A stretch of DNA of 64,000 nt from a virus (IMGVR_UViG_3300021958_000023:1-64000); one strand, 5' to 3'. Shown: positions 11,107 through 20,677, counted from the first letter of the stretch. A program made the numbers and translations. The notes: a model not told the origin generated them from the sequence alone.

Positions 11107-11364
11107 TCAATGTATGGCGTTGGACTCATGATAAATATCCTCTGCATGACCCATCACTGAATGACCATAAGTCCAGTGACCGTTATCCATTGACACTACC
11201 CACATACCTCGATAACTGACAGGTATCTCTTCTACAGAGTCTCCATATTTTGGATCTTGTGGAGTAGTTTTCTCAATCACTTTAATCTTAGCAACTCCAT
11301 GACGAGTTAAGATTGTATCACCAATTGAATAGTATCCTTGTCGTTTCATTGTGTTAGCGCCCAT
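11107..11364 (-). CDS. Hypothetical phage protein
   Basis: ORF track; gene packing. Confidence 0.5.
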   Translation of the reverse strand: MGANTMKRQGYYSIGDTILTRHGVAKIKVIEKTTPQDPKYGDSVEEIPVSYRGMWVVSMDNGHWTYGHSVMGHAEDIYHESNAIH

Positions 11365-11511
11365 CCTGGAAGTAAGTTGTAGATTTTAAGAAAATGAACA
11401 ATGATAATTGTAAAGAGAGGCGTACCAGCCATTAGTGCTGCATATATAAAGTCTCTTGGTTCCATTCTCATTTCCTTATTTTTTATAGAATATCAAATAA
11501 AAATATAACTG

Positions 11512-12081
11512 TCAAGCCACATCTTTTTCTAAATGGTAGGGATGCTCACAAATAACGATACCAGCATCTTCATATCTCTTTGCTGCAAGTTCCATATCTT
11601 CGGTAAAAGGAAGTAGTCGATCATTCTCAGAGTTTAAGATAATAGTTACTTTTGAGTATGTCCACATCCATTCTCTTAATTTTTCAAGTGTCCAGCCATG
11701 ATCTCGAACTCCTTTTTTAGGAATAATCATCGGATACTCATGTTCACAAGTAAACCAGCGAGAGTTAATTCCTTTGCGATTTGGAATTCGAGAGTTACAA
11801 ATTTGACGGTGAGTTGGTGGTTTGCCTTGACGCTCTTCTGTCATCTCATCTTTCAATTCTTGATACTTAAAGAGTGCTTCTGATGACCACATTTTACACC
11901 ATTGAATGAGAGAAGCTGTATTAGAGTGGACAGCAGTAGTTTCACAAGAAATAATATCTGAAGCACCTCTCAAACAACGATCTAACACATGATATTGATA
12001 TTTTGGAAGTAGAGGAGTCTCCATACAAGAGTAGGCTATATTAATCCAAGTATTTGCTTGTAGTTGCCAATCATCAGTCAT
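11512..12081 (-). CDS. Hypothetical protein, possible His-Me/HNH-like nuclease
   Basis: EHEYP...ENDRL...RYEDAGI pattern; start chosen at MTDDWQ, overlapping the upstream stop. Confidence 0.4.
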   Translation of the reverse strand: MTDDWQLQANTWINIAYSCMETPLLPKYQYHVLDRCLRGASDIISCETTAVHSNTASLIQWCKMWSSEALFKYQELKDEMTEERQGKPPTHRQICNSRIPNRKGINSRWFTCEHEYPMIIPKKGVRDHGWTLEKLREWMWTYSKVTIILNSENDRLLPFTEDMELAAKRYEDAGIVICEHPYHLEKDVA

Positions 12082-12695
12082 TTGTCTAAATCCGCTGAAA
12101 TTATGTAACGATTTGAAGTGCTCTGTCCCGCACAAGGTCTATGCCAATATTCGCTGTGCCAAATATACCAAGTAAAAGGTTTAGGATGAATCTGAAACTT
12201 GATAGCATCTGGATTCGTATTAGGATCACGATCTGCAAACTCGGTTCCAGAAATATTTATATCATAGTCTTCTGGTATATGAGCATAATACACTCCAGAA
12301 CACCAAGGAGTAGTTGCAACAGTGTGTTGATGCCATTGATGATCTCTCGTAGAGAGGTCTATACTATCTAGATCTTGTCCAGTTTCTAATGGAGTTTCAG
12401 AACTAAAACGAAGACCCCATGATATAATATCACGAAACCCAACCTCTTTACCTAAAAAAGAAAAGCAAGATATAAGATATGTTAATCTAAATCTCATCAT
12501 CTCATAAGAATCAGGAGCATAGTCAAACAAAATAGAGTTTGTTTGGTATTTTGGAGCACCTCGTTGCCACAAATCTTTTACATCTATTAGATGGTCAATA
12601 ATTGCACAAGCTACTCTATTATCTTCATCAGTTAGAAACCTACTAAAATCAAACTCTTGAATATTAAGACCAGCTGGGTTATCAATTAGTGCCAT
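12078..12695 (-). CDS. Putative 2OG-Fe(II) oxygenase (TIGR02466-like)
   Basis: WHQH...CSGVYY...WHS.YWH...RY.IS motif. Confidence 0.7.
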   Translation of the reverse strand: MALIDNPAGLNIQEFDFSRFLTDEDNRVACAIIDHLIDVKDLWQRGAPKYQTNSILFDYAPDSYEMMRFRLTYLISCFSFLGKEVGFRDIISWGLRFSSETPLETGQDLDSIDLSTRDHQWHQHTVATTPWCSGVYYAHIPEDYDINISGTEFADRDPNTNPDAIKFQIHPKPFTWYIWHSEYWHRPCAGQSTSNRYIISADLDK

Positions 12696-13137
12696 TTACA
12701 ATCTCTAAAAGAACAGGGCCAACAATCCAATACTCACAGTCAATATACTCAAAACCGTGTTCATCTAACCACTCATGATAGTCATAATTCCACTTTTCTT
12801 CTTCTTCTTCAAGTTTAGTTTTGTAGAATTCTAATTTCTCAAGTCGTTTTTCGTCACGACCCATTGGATGAAATTCAACATCAGAAGCTATGCCATCCCA
12901 TACTTCTTCTAGTTCAAAATTATCGTAGGCGGAAATCTCAGTATTCATCATCCAATCATCCTTAGCTGAATCTGCAACTAAGCGATCATATTCTGATTGT
13001 GTCATATCAATATAGAAAGTTCCCCAACGCCAAAGATCGTCTTTAACTGCTTCAACAGTTTTATCTTCATTAAAGTAGTAAGAAATTTCTGAAATAGACT
13101 TTTTAGATTGCGGCTCAACCTTCACTCTTAGCGTCAT
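12682..13137 (-). CDS. Hypothetical acidic phage protein
   Basis: ORF overlapping its neighbours. Confidence 0.6.
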   Translation of the reverse strand: MTLRVKVEPQSKKSISEISYYFNEDKTVEAVKDDLWRWGTFYIDMTQSEYDRLVADSAKDDWMMNTEISAYDNFELEEVWDGIASDVEFHPMGRDEKRLEKLEFYKTKLEEEEEKWNYDYHEWLDEHGFEYIDCEYWIVGPVLLEIVNGTN

Positions 13138-13510
13138 AAACCTTTACCTTCCAACCCATTGTGATTTCATCAGGAATTAGTGTATATGTAACATCGTCAT
13201 AGGCATTTTCTCCTTGCGAAGAAATCCACTCTTGTAGATGTGCTTGAATATATACATGAGGATCATCAACATCTCCTAAGTTAAACTCATAAACTAGTTT
13301 ATTATCATCGCCATTAAACATATTATCAGCAGTGATTACAACAACATCCCAATTGATACCAATAGAAGCATCATGATTGTGTTTAATTGCGTGAAGCACC
13401 TCTCTAGCTTGGTCTACAGTTAAGTTTGGTCGCATTTCTAATACATCATCCACACTCCAAGTAACTGTAATCTCGTCAGAGCTGCTATCATATGAATTTA
13501 ATACTCCCAT
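13115..13510 (-). CDS. Hypothetical phage protein
   Basis: GGAGG RBS; W..DDV...RP.LT..QAREVL motif seen in phage proteins. Confidence 0.6.
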   Translation of the reverse strand: MGVLNSYDSSSDEITVTWSVDDVLEMRPNLTVDQAREVLHAIKHNHDASIGINWDVVVITADNMFNGDDNKLVYEFNLGDVDDPHVYIQAHLQEWISSQGENAYDDVTYTLIPDEITMGWKVKVYDAKSEG

Positions 13511-13519
13511 TTTATCCTC

Positions 13520-13822
13520 CTATACTGAGCTTGCAGTTGCTAAGGGTGTTACAACTGAGCTATCATGATAATCACCATTACTCTGGTATTTTCTAGTAAC
13601 TTCTTCTTTTTGAAGCACTCCATTATAGTAACGATAAGTAGTTACAACTTTCATCACAACTCCTGCAGTGCTAGCTTCAAATGCACTTTTCAAAGGACCA
13701 TCTCCTTCAATCATTTCTACCTTTGGAGTTTCATGCAAAGGTTGTCCAAAACTGTAGTTTATTGTATAAGGTTCCATTATGCTACCTCTTTCAATTCTTC
13801 TGGTTTTTCTGACTTGTGCCAA
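13520..13822 (-). CDS. Hypothetical phage protein
   Basis: ORF track. Confidence 0.5.
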   Translation of the reverse strand: MAQVRKTRRIERGSIMEPYTINYSFGQPLHETPKVEMIEGDGPLKSAFEASTAGVVMKVVTTYRYYNGVLQKEEVTRKYQSNGDYHDSSVVTPLATASSV

Positions 13823-13949
13823 ACATTATTTTCACAATCATGCCAGAGAGGAAACATCAAATTTTCTTTTGTTGTCTCTGGCTTAACTGCGAGTTGGCTA
13901 CAATGCTTACAACGATATGATATTGATACTGCTACGTCCATCTTATTCA

Positions 13950-14675
13950 TTATGTAGGCTTACCCCATTTTTTTACTAGTTGTGATGGTGCTTCTACTGA
14001 GTCTTTCTCTAAAAGAACCATGCCGTTGAAGAAATGAATTCCAGTGGTTTGTCTTGGAAATTCTGATACATTAGTATACTCTGTATCACGCTTCCAATGA
14101 GGCTCACGGAATTGATTATCGTCCATTTGATTAGCCTGCCACTCGTCAAGTCGTTGAATCATTGTCTGCATCATTTCCATAAAGGTAGGTTGACAATTGA
14201 TATGTGTCGTTCGATAGTTAAGATAGGTATCTTCTACAAAATAGAGAGAACCAGCAGGCATACGACTGTATAGAGTTTTGAAGATAGTTCTTTGCGAGTT
14301 TGTATAGTGAGTATCGTCAATCAATACATCAATACGACCAAGACGGTTATAAAGTTTAGCCAAGTAACCATCATCTTCGTAATCACCCTGTTCACTAAAT
14401 ACACCTGCCTCAGCTAGTTCTGTAGGGTCTTTTTCTGAGTATTTATACACCTGAAAAACACGAAAGTCTTCAAGACCCCAAGATGATAGTAAGCGATGAA
14501 ATAACAACCCAGAGTCAATACTCTCACTAAAATTTACAAGAGTAAAAGTTTCTCCCTCAATCGGCTCATGCCCTGTTAAAAATCTGTCGTAGACAGATAG
14601 GTGATGCGCCCATTTATCTAAACCTAGATAGTTTTGGTCTAGCATCTGTTCATAAATTTCTGTAACTGATTTCAT
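13950..14675 (-). CDS. Class I SAM-dependent methyltransferase-like protein (degenerate motif I)
   Basis: KWAHHLSVYDR...IDVLIDD.H....Q..F..LY...G.LYFVED pattern. Confidence 0.6.
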   Translation of the reverse strand: MKSVTEIYEQMLDQNYLGLDKWAHHLSVYDRFLTGHEPIEGETFTLVNFSESIDSGLLFHRLLSSWGLEDFRVFQVYKYSEKDPTELAEAGVFSEQGDYEDDGYLAKLYNRLGRIDVLIDDTHYTNSQRTIFKTLYSRMPAGSLYFVEDTYLNYRTTHINCQPTFMEMMQTMIQRLDEWQANQMDDNQFREPHWKRDTEYTNVSEFPRQTTGIHFFNGMVLLEKDSVEAPSQLVKKWGKPT

Positions 14676-14741
14676 TATATCCCTCCAAAATAGAATTACA
14701 GTGTATTATAGCATTTAATACACTGTAAGTCCAGAACTTTG

Positions 14742-15428
14742 TTAATTGCTTGCTTCTTGCTTATGAAAATTGTCCCACTCGTGAATATAGTCTTCTCCGT
14801 GTTTTTCCAAAAACTCTTCACGGCTTAGACGCTCTTCAGTAAGATCATTCTCACGCTCATACTCATCAATGCACTCATACTCATATTCATACGCATCCAT
14901 CAACCACTCTGGTGCATCAGAGTATTTACGATTAGTGAGCTCAAAAGTTTCTTCACCCTCCGCAGAAGTAAAATATCCGATAAAAGCCATACCAGGCTCA
15001 CAGTAATTCGCTTCTACATTCCACTCTTGATCGGTAGCAGATTGATATACACCAGTTGGAGGAGACCAAGCAGAATCAAACCAGAATGAGATAGTAAGCG
15101 AGTCTTCATCAATAGTTGCAGCATCACGATCTACATTAGGTTCCCACTTAGTTCCCCAGTTTGAAACACGAAAATCCCACCAACTAGGCATACTAAACTT
15201 GTCTTGTTTATGCAACTCAGGATAGGCTGGAAAGATTTTGGTATTATCGTAGTCAGGCTCAGGAACAAAATATCCACAGAAACCTGCTGGTTCTTCTCGG
15301 TCTCGGTCTGTCACATCCTCTTCTGGAGGAGTCCAGTCCCAATGACGATTCATATGCTCAACAAAGTTGGCAAACGCCTGAGTGCTTGGGGCAGTAAATG
15401 TTACATAGTTAGAACACCAGTTAGGCAT
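14742..15428 (-). CDS. DUF1281/Api92-like ferredoxin-fold phage protein
   Basis: MPNWCSN...NWGTKW...FDSAWSPP...YCEPG. Confidence 0.7.
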   Translation of the reverse strand: MPNWCSNYVTFTAPSTQAFANFVEHMNRHWDWTPPEEDVTDRDREEPAGFCGYFVPEPDYDNTKIFPAYPELHKQDKFSMPSWWDFRVSNWGTKWEPNVDRDAATIDEDSLTISFWFDSAWSPPTGVYQSATDQEWNVEANYCEPGMAFIGYFTSAEGEETFELTNRKYSDAPEWLMDAYEYEYECIDEYERENDLTEERLSREEFLEKHGEDYIHEWDNFHKQEASN

Positions 15429-15502
15429 AGAAAAACTCCTTCATCCAAATTTTTATCATATAAATAATATATCAAAAAAATAAGAAACAAGCAATAATAA
15501 AG

Positions 15503-15578
15503 TGGTGCTGAGTAGAGGACTCGAACCCCTAGCCTCTGGAGTACAAAACCAGTGCTCTACCAGTTGAGCTAACTCAGC
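15503..15578 (-). tRNA. tRNA-Thr(UGU)
   Basis: Cloverleaf, GGTTCGAGTCC T-arm, anticodon TGT, encoded CCA. Confidence 0.95.
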
Positions 15579-15781
15579 TACTTGGTCATCTTCCAATAAA
15601 TAGATTTTTTATCGTTATGATCTGTAATTACAATGGCGGGATTACCTCCTGGAACCTGTCGTCCGACATATTTCCAAGAATAACCTGCCGCACGGTTTTC
15701 TTCTACTCGTTCAAAAAATTCAGCATTGTCTGAAACGAACAATACCCCCATCAATAGTAGTGCAATCATTTTATAATCCAA
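15578..15781 (-). CDS. Hypothetical small secreted/membrane protein
   Basis: Hydrophobic N-terminus. Confidence 0.5.
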   Translation of the reverse strand: MDYKMIALLLMGVLFVSDNAEFFERVEENRAAGYSWKYVGRQVPGGNPAIVITDHNDKKSIYWKMTK

Positions 15782-16092
15782 TCTGTGTTCAACCAGTCAG
15801 TTTCTTCCGGCATCATTTCTACTTTGTCGCCGTGCAGTTCTTGTAGTTGTGTCCAAATATGAACATTATTAATTCTCAAAGTATAAGAATTTTTACCACA
15901 ACAATACACTGAACCACTCGAACCGGCAAAGTAATAAGCTATATCATCTTCTGTTACAGCAGTAATGCCACTATTTATTTTCCAACTGTCTCCGTCAAGA
16001 TAACCACCGCTCCAACCAGCAAGCACACGATAGTGCGGTTCATCACCTTTCATTTTGATGACAACCCAATTGTCTGGTTTATACTCAGTCAT
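15766..16092 (-). CDS. Conserved phage hypothetical protein
   Basis: PDNWVV...YRVLAGWSGGYLDGDSWKINSGI motif. Confidence 0.7.
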   Translation of the reverse strand: MTEYKPDNWVVIKMKGDEPHYRVLAGWSGGYLDGDSWKINSGITAVTEDDIAYYFAGSSGSVYCCGKNSYTLRINNVHIWTQLQELHGDKVEMMPEETDWLNTDWIIK

Positions 16093-16093
16093 T

Positions 16094-16471
16094 CTATCCT
16101 TTACTCCAAAACTTCCACCAAGACTTCTTATTCTTTACACTTTTCATATCTGCATGAATAAACTCAGGATTGTAGTCTTGGGTAAGATAATACTCAAGAG
16201 CAGCTCTAGCCAAAGCACACTGAATTGGTGTGTCTCCACAGCTTGAGTATGCTTTTAGTTTGAGTAAATCTTTTTCAGTAAGGCTTTTACCCCAGTAATC
16301 AATCAATCCTGTAGCGGCAGATTTTATATCTTCTTGATATTCAATTGCATCAATGTCTAGGTCTCCCCAAAAATCATTTCCTAGCACAGGCTTCTCCTTC
16401 TTAATTGGCGCTTTCATAGCAACTTCTAGTTGCTTATTAGCATAGCGCGGTTTTATATCTTTATAATCCAT
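16094..16471 (-). CDS. Hypothetical phage protein
   Basis: ORF track; gene packing. Confidence 0.55.
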   Translation of the reverse strand: MDYKDIKPRYANKQLEVAMKAPIKKEKPVLGNDFWGDLDIDAIEYQEDIKSAATGLIDYWGKSLTEKDLLKLKAYSSCGDTPIQCALARAALEYYLTQDYNPEFIHADMKSVKNKKSWWKFWSKG

Positions 16472-16809
16472 CAGATGTAAATCTCATTCATTTTTAGTAT
16501 CTCCTTGATATCATCTACTGAGAGTGCTTTAACAAAGCACATGATTAGCACATCACGATCAAGAGTGCCTTCTTCAATTGCTTCTAGCACACGATCTTTA
16601 ATATCTTCCCATACTTCTTCTATTCTGATGATATACTTTTCTTCAAGCTCATCTATATCATCAAACTCTAGTCCCTGATTGCGTAAGTATTTCATTAAGT
16701 TCCATTTTGTAGGAAACTTAATAACATCACCCTCTTCATCTAGCAGGTATTCTCTGCCATTTAGAGAAATGCCGTGTGGGTATGTATATGCTAAATAATA
16801 ATCAGCCAT
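16471..16809 (-). CDS. Hypothetical phage protein
   Basis: GISLNGREYLLD motif; gene packing. Confidence 0.55.
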   Translation of the reverse strand: MADYYLAYTYPHGISLNGREYLLDEEGDVIKFPTKWNLMKYLRNQGLEFDDIDELEEKYIIRIEEVWEDIKDRVLEAIEEGTLDRDVLIMCFVKALSVDDIKEILKMNEIYI

Positions 16810-16972
16810 TAGAAACTCTTTAGTAGGTCAGATATTGTATTTTCAAGATCATGATTCTGTTGCTCAATTTGATCAATCTCATTTCTGAGTTCTTGAATAC
16901 GCTCTTTGCGTTGTTCCATAACAGTTTTCAATTCATCAAGCACAGTTGATAGTTTTCCAGTTAAATCTTCCA

Positions 16973-17611
16973 TTAGTTCCACTCATAATCAGTTAAATTT
17001 TCATCTGCCCAATCACAAACACTAGGCACATCAGTCATTTCAACATTACACCACGGATCTGTAATAACAAGTTCGTATCCTCGAAACATTACATTGCCAC
17101 TGTGCATATCAAGTTTAGTAGCGCTCATATAGTCATCACTATAAGTAAGATCTTCTGCATCTTCTTCAGTGAAAGCATCAGTCCATCTAACAATGTAGTC
17201 CATCAACTCAACTAGAGCAAATATATTAGGAAACTGTTCAGGAAGTTTCTTTGCTCGTTTAACAAACTTCTTTCTGCTAATTTCACCATATAAGTATTGA
17301 CGAACTGCTTCAAAGGCTGCTTCACGATTTGCATACACAGGACAAGAGTCTTGTAGGCGCTCCATTACACAAACATAGTATTCATTGTTATAGTCAATGT
17401 AAAAGGATTTTACTTTAGGAACACAAGGATTATCTTGCATCTTAGCAATAATTTGTTCATAGTAAGTAATCCAAGGATCGCTCATGTTATTACCAATTTT
17501 AATAACAGTATCATCTCTTGCAAATGACTCTAGAGCAGCAGAATAACATCCTGCGCCCAAAACAGTATTACCAGCTTTAGCAGTATTCTTAATCAAACGA
17601 TATGCTGTCAT
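16973..17611 (-). CDS. Ser/Thr protein kinase, T7 gp0.7-like
   Basis: LGAGCYS Gly-loop, VIKIG, DMHSGNVM catalytic loop, ITDP; own promoter TTGCCT-N17-TATTAT. Confidence 0.8.
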   Translation of the reverse strand: MTAYRLIKNTAKAGNTVLGAGCYSAALESFARDDTVIKIGNNMSDPWITYYEQIIAKMQDNPCVPKVKSFYIDYNNEYYVCVMERLQDSCPVYANREAAFEAVRQYLYGEISRKKFVKRAKKLPEQFPNIFALVELMDYIVRWTDAFTEEDAEDLTYSDDYMSATKLDMHSGNVMFRGYELVITDPWCNVEMTDVPSVCDWADENLTDYEWN

Positions 17612-17665
17612 TACTCATCCTTTCATATTATATATAATAATATCAAAAAAATGGGTAAAAGGCAA

Positions 17666-17929
17666 CTAGTCTTTTAAATCCTCAAATGATGAAATAGAGT
17701 TTTCAACTACTTTAATAACCCAGGCTCCGATATACTGATTGAAAGATTCCCAATCAAAATCTTCAGATTCCCAATCAGGATGAATAACAACATCGTATTT
17801 TAGAATACCGTCTCCACTATCATCTGGAGCATCTTCTAGTGTCATTTCACCATCAATTTTCCATACTACACCTTCAAACTGTTCATTATCAGTAACAGTA
17901 ATCCAAGGCCATTCTAGTGTTTCAGTCAT
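17666..17929 (-). CDS. Hypothetical acidic protein
   Basis: AAGGAG RBS. Confidence 0.55.
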   Translation of the reverse strand: MTETLEWPWITVTDNEQFEGVVWKIDGEMTLEDAPDDSGDGILKYDVVIHPDWESEDFDWESFNQYIGAWVIKVVENSISSFEDLKD

Positions 17930-18088
17930 GTTATACTCCTTAAATAGTGTTGCAGACTAACCGTTGATCTGCGCGTGTCTATTAAGCGACAAACCTACCC
18001 AGGTGGCACCATCTGCTCGGTTATTAAGAGGGAGCAGAACCTCTCTTCTTTTTGCGTCTTTTTCTTAAACGAGAATAAAGACGAGTCA

Positions 18089-18346
18089 CTACTTCATCTC
18101 TAATTTTTTTAATAAATCTTCGCTTCTTTCTAGCTGCTTCTGATGAGTGAATTCTTTTTCCTCTTTCCATCCTATCAACCCCCAACCATGATTTGCGATT
18201 GCGTTCAAGATAATAGCAAGGCAAGTAAGAATGTGTAACACCACCCACCCAGTACGAATAATTGCAACTCTGTCAGCTTTATTGTTGTCTTCATATGCTT
18301 TTACTCCTATTGACTTGCACCAGTATTCCCACATATTAAATTCCAA
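18089..18346 (-). CDS. Hypothetical membrane protein
   Basis: W.YWCKSIG.KA...AD.VAIIRT plus a transmembrane helix. Confidence 0.55.
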   Translation of the reverse strand: MEFNMWEYWCKSIGVKAYEDNNKADRVAIIRTGWVVLHILTCLAIILNAIANHGWGLIGWKEEKEFTHQKQLERSEDLLKKLEMK

Positions 18347-18701
18347 ACACTAAATAAGTATACAATAAGTAACAAGAAAAATGAAGTGCTTGATCAACTC
18401 CTTGAACAGTCCAAAACTTCTGAGTATCAAATTTTAGATTCATTCTACGAGAAATTAGTGTTTTGTTATGATCAATTACAAAGTGCAATACATAATCTAT
18501 GATAGCAATGTAGAAGGCAGTTGTCAAATTAAAAGTGAATGCTAAAGTCACCAGTAGTGTAAGAATTGCATGATCTAGCGCGTGTATGTAACCTTTTGAA
18601 TTTTTCAAATCTCCTTTGCCTGCTTTTGGTAATCTTGCTTGTAAAACTAAATCAGCAAGAGTATGCTTCAAAAATAGGCAAAATAAATATAATGTGGTCA
18701 T
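18336..18701 (-). CDS. DUF3307-family membrane protein
   Basis: KHTLADLVLQ...HA..H...HFVID...DQALH. Confidence 0.75.
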   Translation of the reverse strand: MTTLYLFCLFLKHTLADLVLQARLPKAGKGDLKNSKGYIHALDHAILTLLVTLAFTFNLTTAFYIAIIDYVLHFVIDHNKTLISRRMNLKFDTQKFWTVQGVDQALHFSCYLLYTYLVFGI

Positions 18702-19324
18702 TTAACTCCTTTACAAACAAAACTAGTAAAACACCAGTCAGCATCAAATATATAACAATTCTGAAACCCTAGTATATTAAAAGTATCAAAATACCATTCA
18801 GGAGAGTTGATATTCATTATTTGATCTACAGTTTGTTGTTTTTCAATAATTTGACTATCGCTAACACCATTTTTTCTCTTTAATTCATGATAAAACTGTA
18901 GTGGATATGAGTCTTTACTTGTTTTATCACTGACTATTAAACAGCCGTTAGGATTTAGTCTGTGTTTAATTTTTTTCAAGTATCTAATCTTGTTTTCTAT
19001 AAAATGTAGTGTCCAATTCACAATAACGACATCGAAAGTTTTATCAATGTTAAAACGGTCATCATGTATATAGGTTATGCCTAGATTTTTGGGACATCTA
19101 TGTAGCATATTCTTATTTTCGTCTACTCCATAAAGATTAGTAAAACCTTTGTGATGAAGTTGAATTAAAGTTTCTCCTACTGCACAACCTACATCAACAA
19201 TAGCTGCGTCAGTAGGATACTCTGAACAGATATCAAGAGTTTTCTTGATAACCATATCATAATTAGGAATATGTTGTCGTGCATGAGCAGGAAAAACTTC
19301 TGCTAAATTATCAAATAAATACAT
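18698..19324 (-). CDS. cmoA: CmoA-like SAM-dependent enzyme (carboxy-SAM synthase family)
   Basis: HIPNY, DVGCAVG, NWTLHFI, LNPNGCLIVSDK, KRKNGVS..QI.EK; the longer ORF-track start lies inside tRNA-Leu, so ATG 19324 is used. Confidence 0.7.
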   Translation of the reverse strand: MYLFDNLAEVFPAHARQHIPNYDMVIKKTLDICSEYPTDAAIVDVGCAVGETLIQLHHKGFTNLYGVDENKNMLHRCPKNLGITYIHDDRFNIDKTFDVVIVNWTLHFIENKIRYLKKIKHRLNPNGCLIVSDKTSKDSYPLQFYHELKRKNGVSDSQIIEKQQTVDQIMNINSPEWYFDTFNILGFQNCYIFDADWCFTSFVCKGVK

Positions 19325-19330
19325 ACTAGT

Positions 19331-19415
19331 TGGTGCGCCTGGAGGGACTTGAACCCCCACGCCGTGAAGCACTAGAACCTAAATCTAGCGTGTCTACCAA
19401 TTTCACCACAGGCGC
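19331..19415 (-). tRNA. tRNA-Leu(UAG)
   Basis: Class II cloverleaf, anticodon TAG, CCA. Confidence 0.95.
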
Positions 19416-19421
19416 TTTGTC

Positions 19422-19613
19422 TTACTTATCAACAGGCAGTGAGTTATAGTCTTTAAGAAGTTCTATTACGTCATCAATAGAATCAACTATGATTTTGGTA
19501 GTTTCATAGTCGTCTTCAAAAGTGCGACCCCCAACTTCCATCATATAACCATTGTCATAACGATGAAAGTATGCAGTCTCATTTACTTTTTTAAGTTTAT
19601 CACTTATCTTCAT
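19422..19613 (-). CDS. Hypothetical phage protein
   Basis: ORF track; YDNGYM.EVGG motif. Confidence 0.6.
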   Translation of the reverse strand: MKISDKLKKVNETAYFHRYDNGYMMEVGGRTFEDDYETTKIIVDSIDDVIELLKDYNSLPVDK

Positions 19614-19908
19614 TATTTTCCCCTTTCTTTGAAAATGAAATTACATTAGATGTTTTACTAAGTCGTTCAAAAGTTTTATCAACTTCTCTCATTATTTTAT
19701 CAAATCGTTCTTCTTCTTCTTCAAAATCCATCTCTACACCTGCCTCAATAGAAACATAGTCGTCCATATCAATATAAAACCCTGATGCTCGTAAAAAGTT
19801 TTCAAAAGCATTTAATACTTCTTCAAGAGAAGCATCATGGGGTAAAGATATTTTTACATCGTAAGATGATCTTTCAGATTTATAAGTAAATGTATATCCG
19901 TCTTTCAT
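19600..19908 (-). CDS. Hypothetical phage protein
   Basis: GGAG RBS; L.EVL.AFENFLRASGF motif. Confidence 0.6.
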   Translation of the reverse strand: MKDGYTFTYKSERSSYDVKISLPHDASLEEVLNAFENFLRASGFYIDMDDYVSIEAGVEMDFEEEEERFDKIMREVDKTFERLSKTSNVISFSKKGENNEDK

Positions 19909-19924
19909 AGGTATCTCCTAAAAT

Positions 19925-20001
19925 TGGTATCCCGTAGGGGATTCGAACCCCTGATCTTCGCCGTGAAAGGGCGATGTCCTAGGCCGCTAGACGAACGGGA
20001 C
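19925..20001 (-). tRNA. tRNA-Glu(UUC)
   Basis: Cloverleaf, anticodon TTC, CCA. Confidence 0.95.
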
Positions 20002-20241
20002 TTAGTGATAAGTTTTATCTTCAAACTCAATTGGTTTTATCTGAAGAGCATTACGAGTAATATATTTCATTATTCTAAGATACTCATTGTCATCTTCATG
20101 AACTGTTCTGCAAAGTTTTTGGCTTACTGCTAACATAGTGCTAGAAACTAGTATTGGATCATGTGTTTCGCACAAATCTAGCATTAAGTCATAAAACTTA
20201 TAATAAACAGTTTCTACTTCATCCTTTTCTTTCATTCTCAA
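20002..20241 (-). CDS. Hypothetical phage protein
   Basis: ORF between tRNAs. Confidence 0.5.
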   Translation of the reverse strand: MRMKEKDEVETVYYKFYDLMLDLCETHDPILVSSTMLAVSQKLCRTVHEDDNEYLRIMKYITRNALQIKPIEFEDKTYH

Positions 20242-20510
20242 CCTTTCGTTATAGTAGCAAGTTTTTTCATAATAACTGTTACTTGTTCTTGAGAAAGATA
20301 AGGAATCACATCATCATAAGGAGGTTCTCCTCCTACTTTATGAATACCAGGAAGTTGTACGAAAGGACCGTCTACTCCTAGAAATACAGCAACTTCGTAT
20401 AGAGATTTGTTAGGCTCTTTAATCACACTAAGTTCGTAATCACCGAAAATAGCCTTAGCTTGAATTCCGCCATACGAAGTTTCTTCAAATTTTAAATCTT
20501 CAAATATCAT
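20238..20510 (-). CDS. Hypothetical phage protein
   Basis: GAGG RBS; YELSVI...LYEVAV...DDVIPYL motif. Confidence 0.6.
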   Translation of the reverse strand: MIFEDLKFEETSYGGIQAKAIFGDYELSVIKEPNKSLYEVAVFLGVDGPFVQLPGIHKVGGEPPYDDVIPYLSQEQVTVIMKKLATITKG

Positions 20511-20528
20511 CTTATCCTCTCAAATTGA

Positions 20529-20599
20529 CACCGGTGCAAGGAATCGAACCCCGACTTACGGGTTTGGAGCCCGTCGTGCTACCACTACACTACACCGAT
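20529..20599 (-). tRNA. tRNA-Trp(CCA), no encoded CCA end
   Basis: Cloverleaf, anticodon CCA, G73 followed by TCA. Confidence 0.9.
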
Positions 20600-20600
20600 A

Positions 20601-20677
20601 TGGAGATCTCGGAAGGATTCGAACCCTCAACCTTCAGATTCGTATTCTGATGCTCTAATCCATTGAGCTACGAGATC
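20601..20677 (-). tRNA. tRNA-Arg(ACG)
   Basis: Cloverleaf, anticodon ACG, CCA. Confidence 0.93.

Noticed and set aside
19924-20133. + strand ORF MVSRRGFEPL...
   Set aside because: Shadow translation of the tRNA-Glu antisense strand
20526-20599. tRNA-Trp as a pseudogene because it ends in TCA
   Set aside because: The cloverleaf is intact and CCA can be added by the host enzyme
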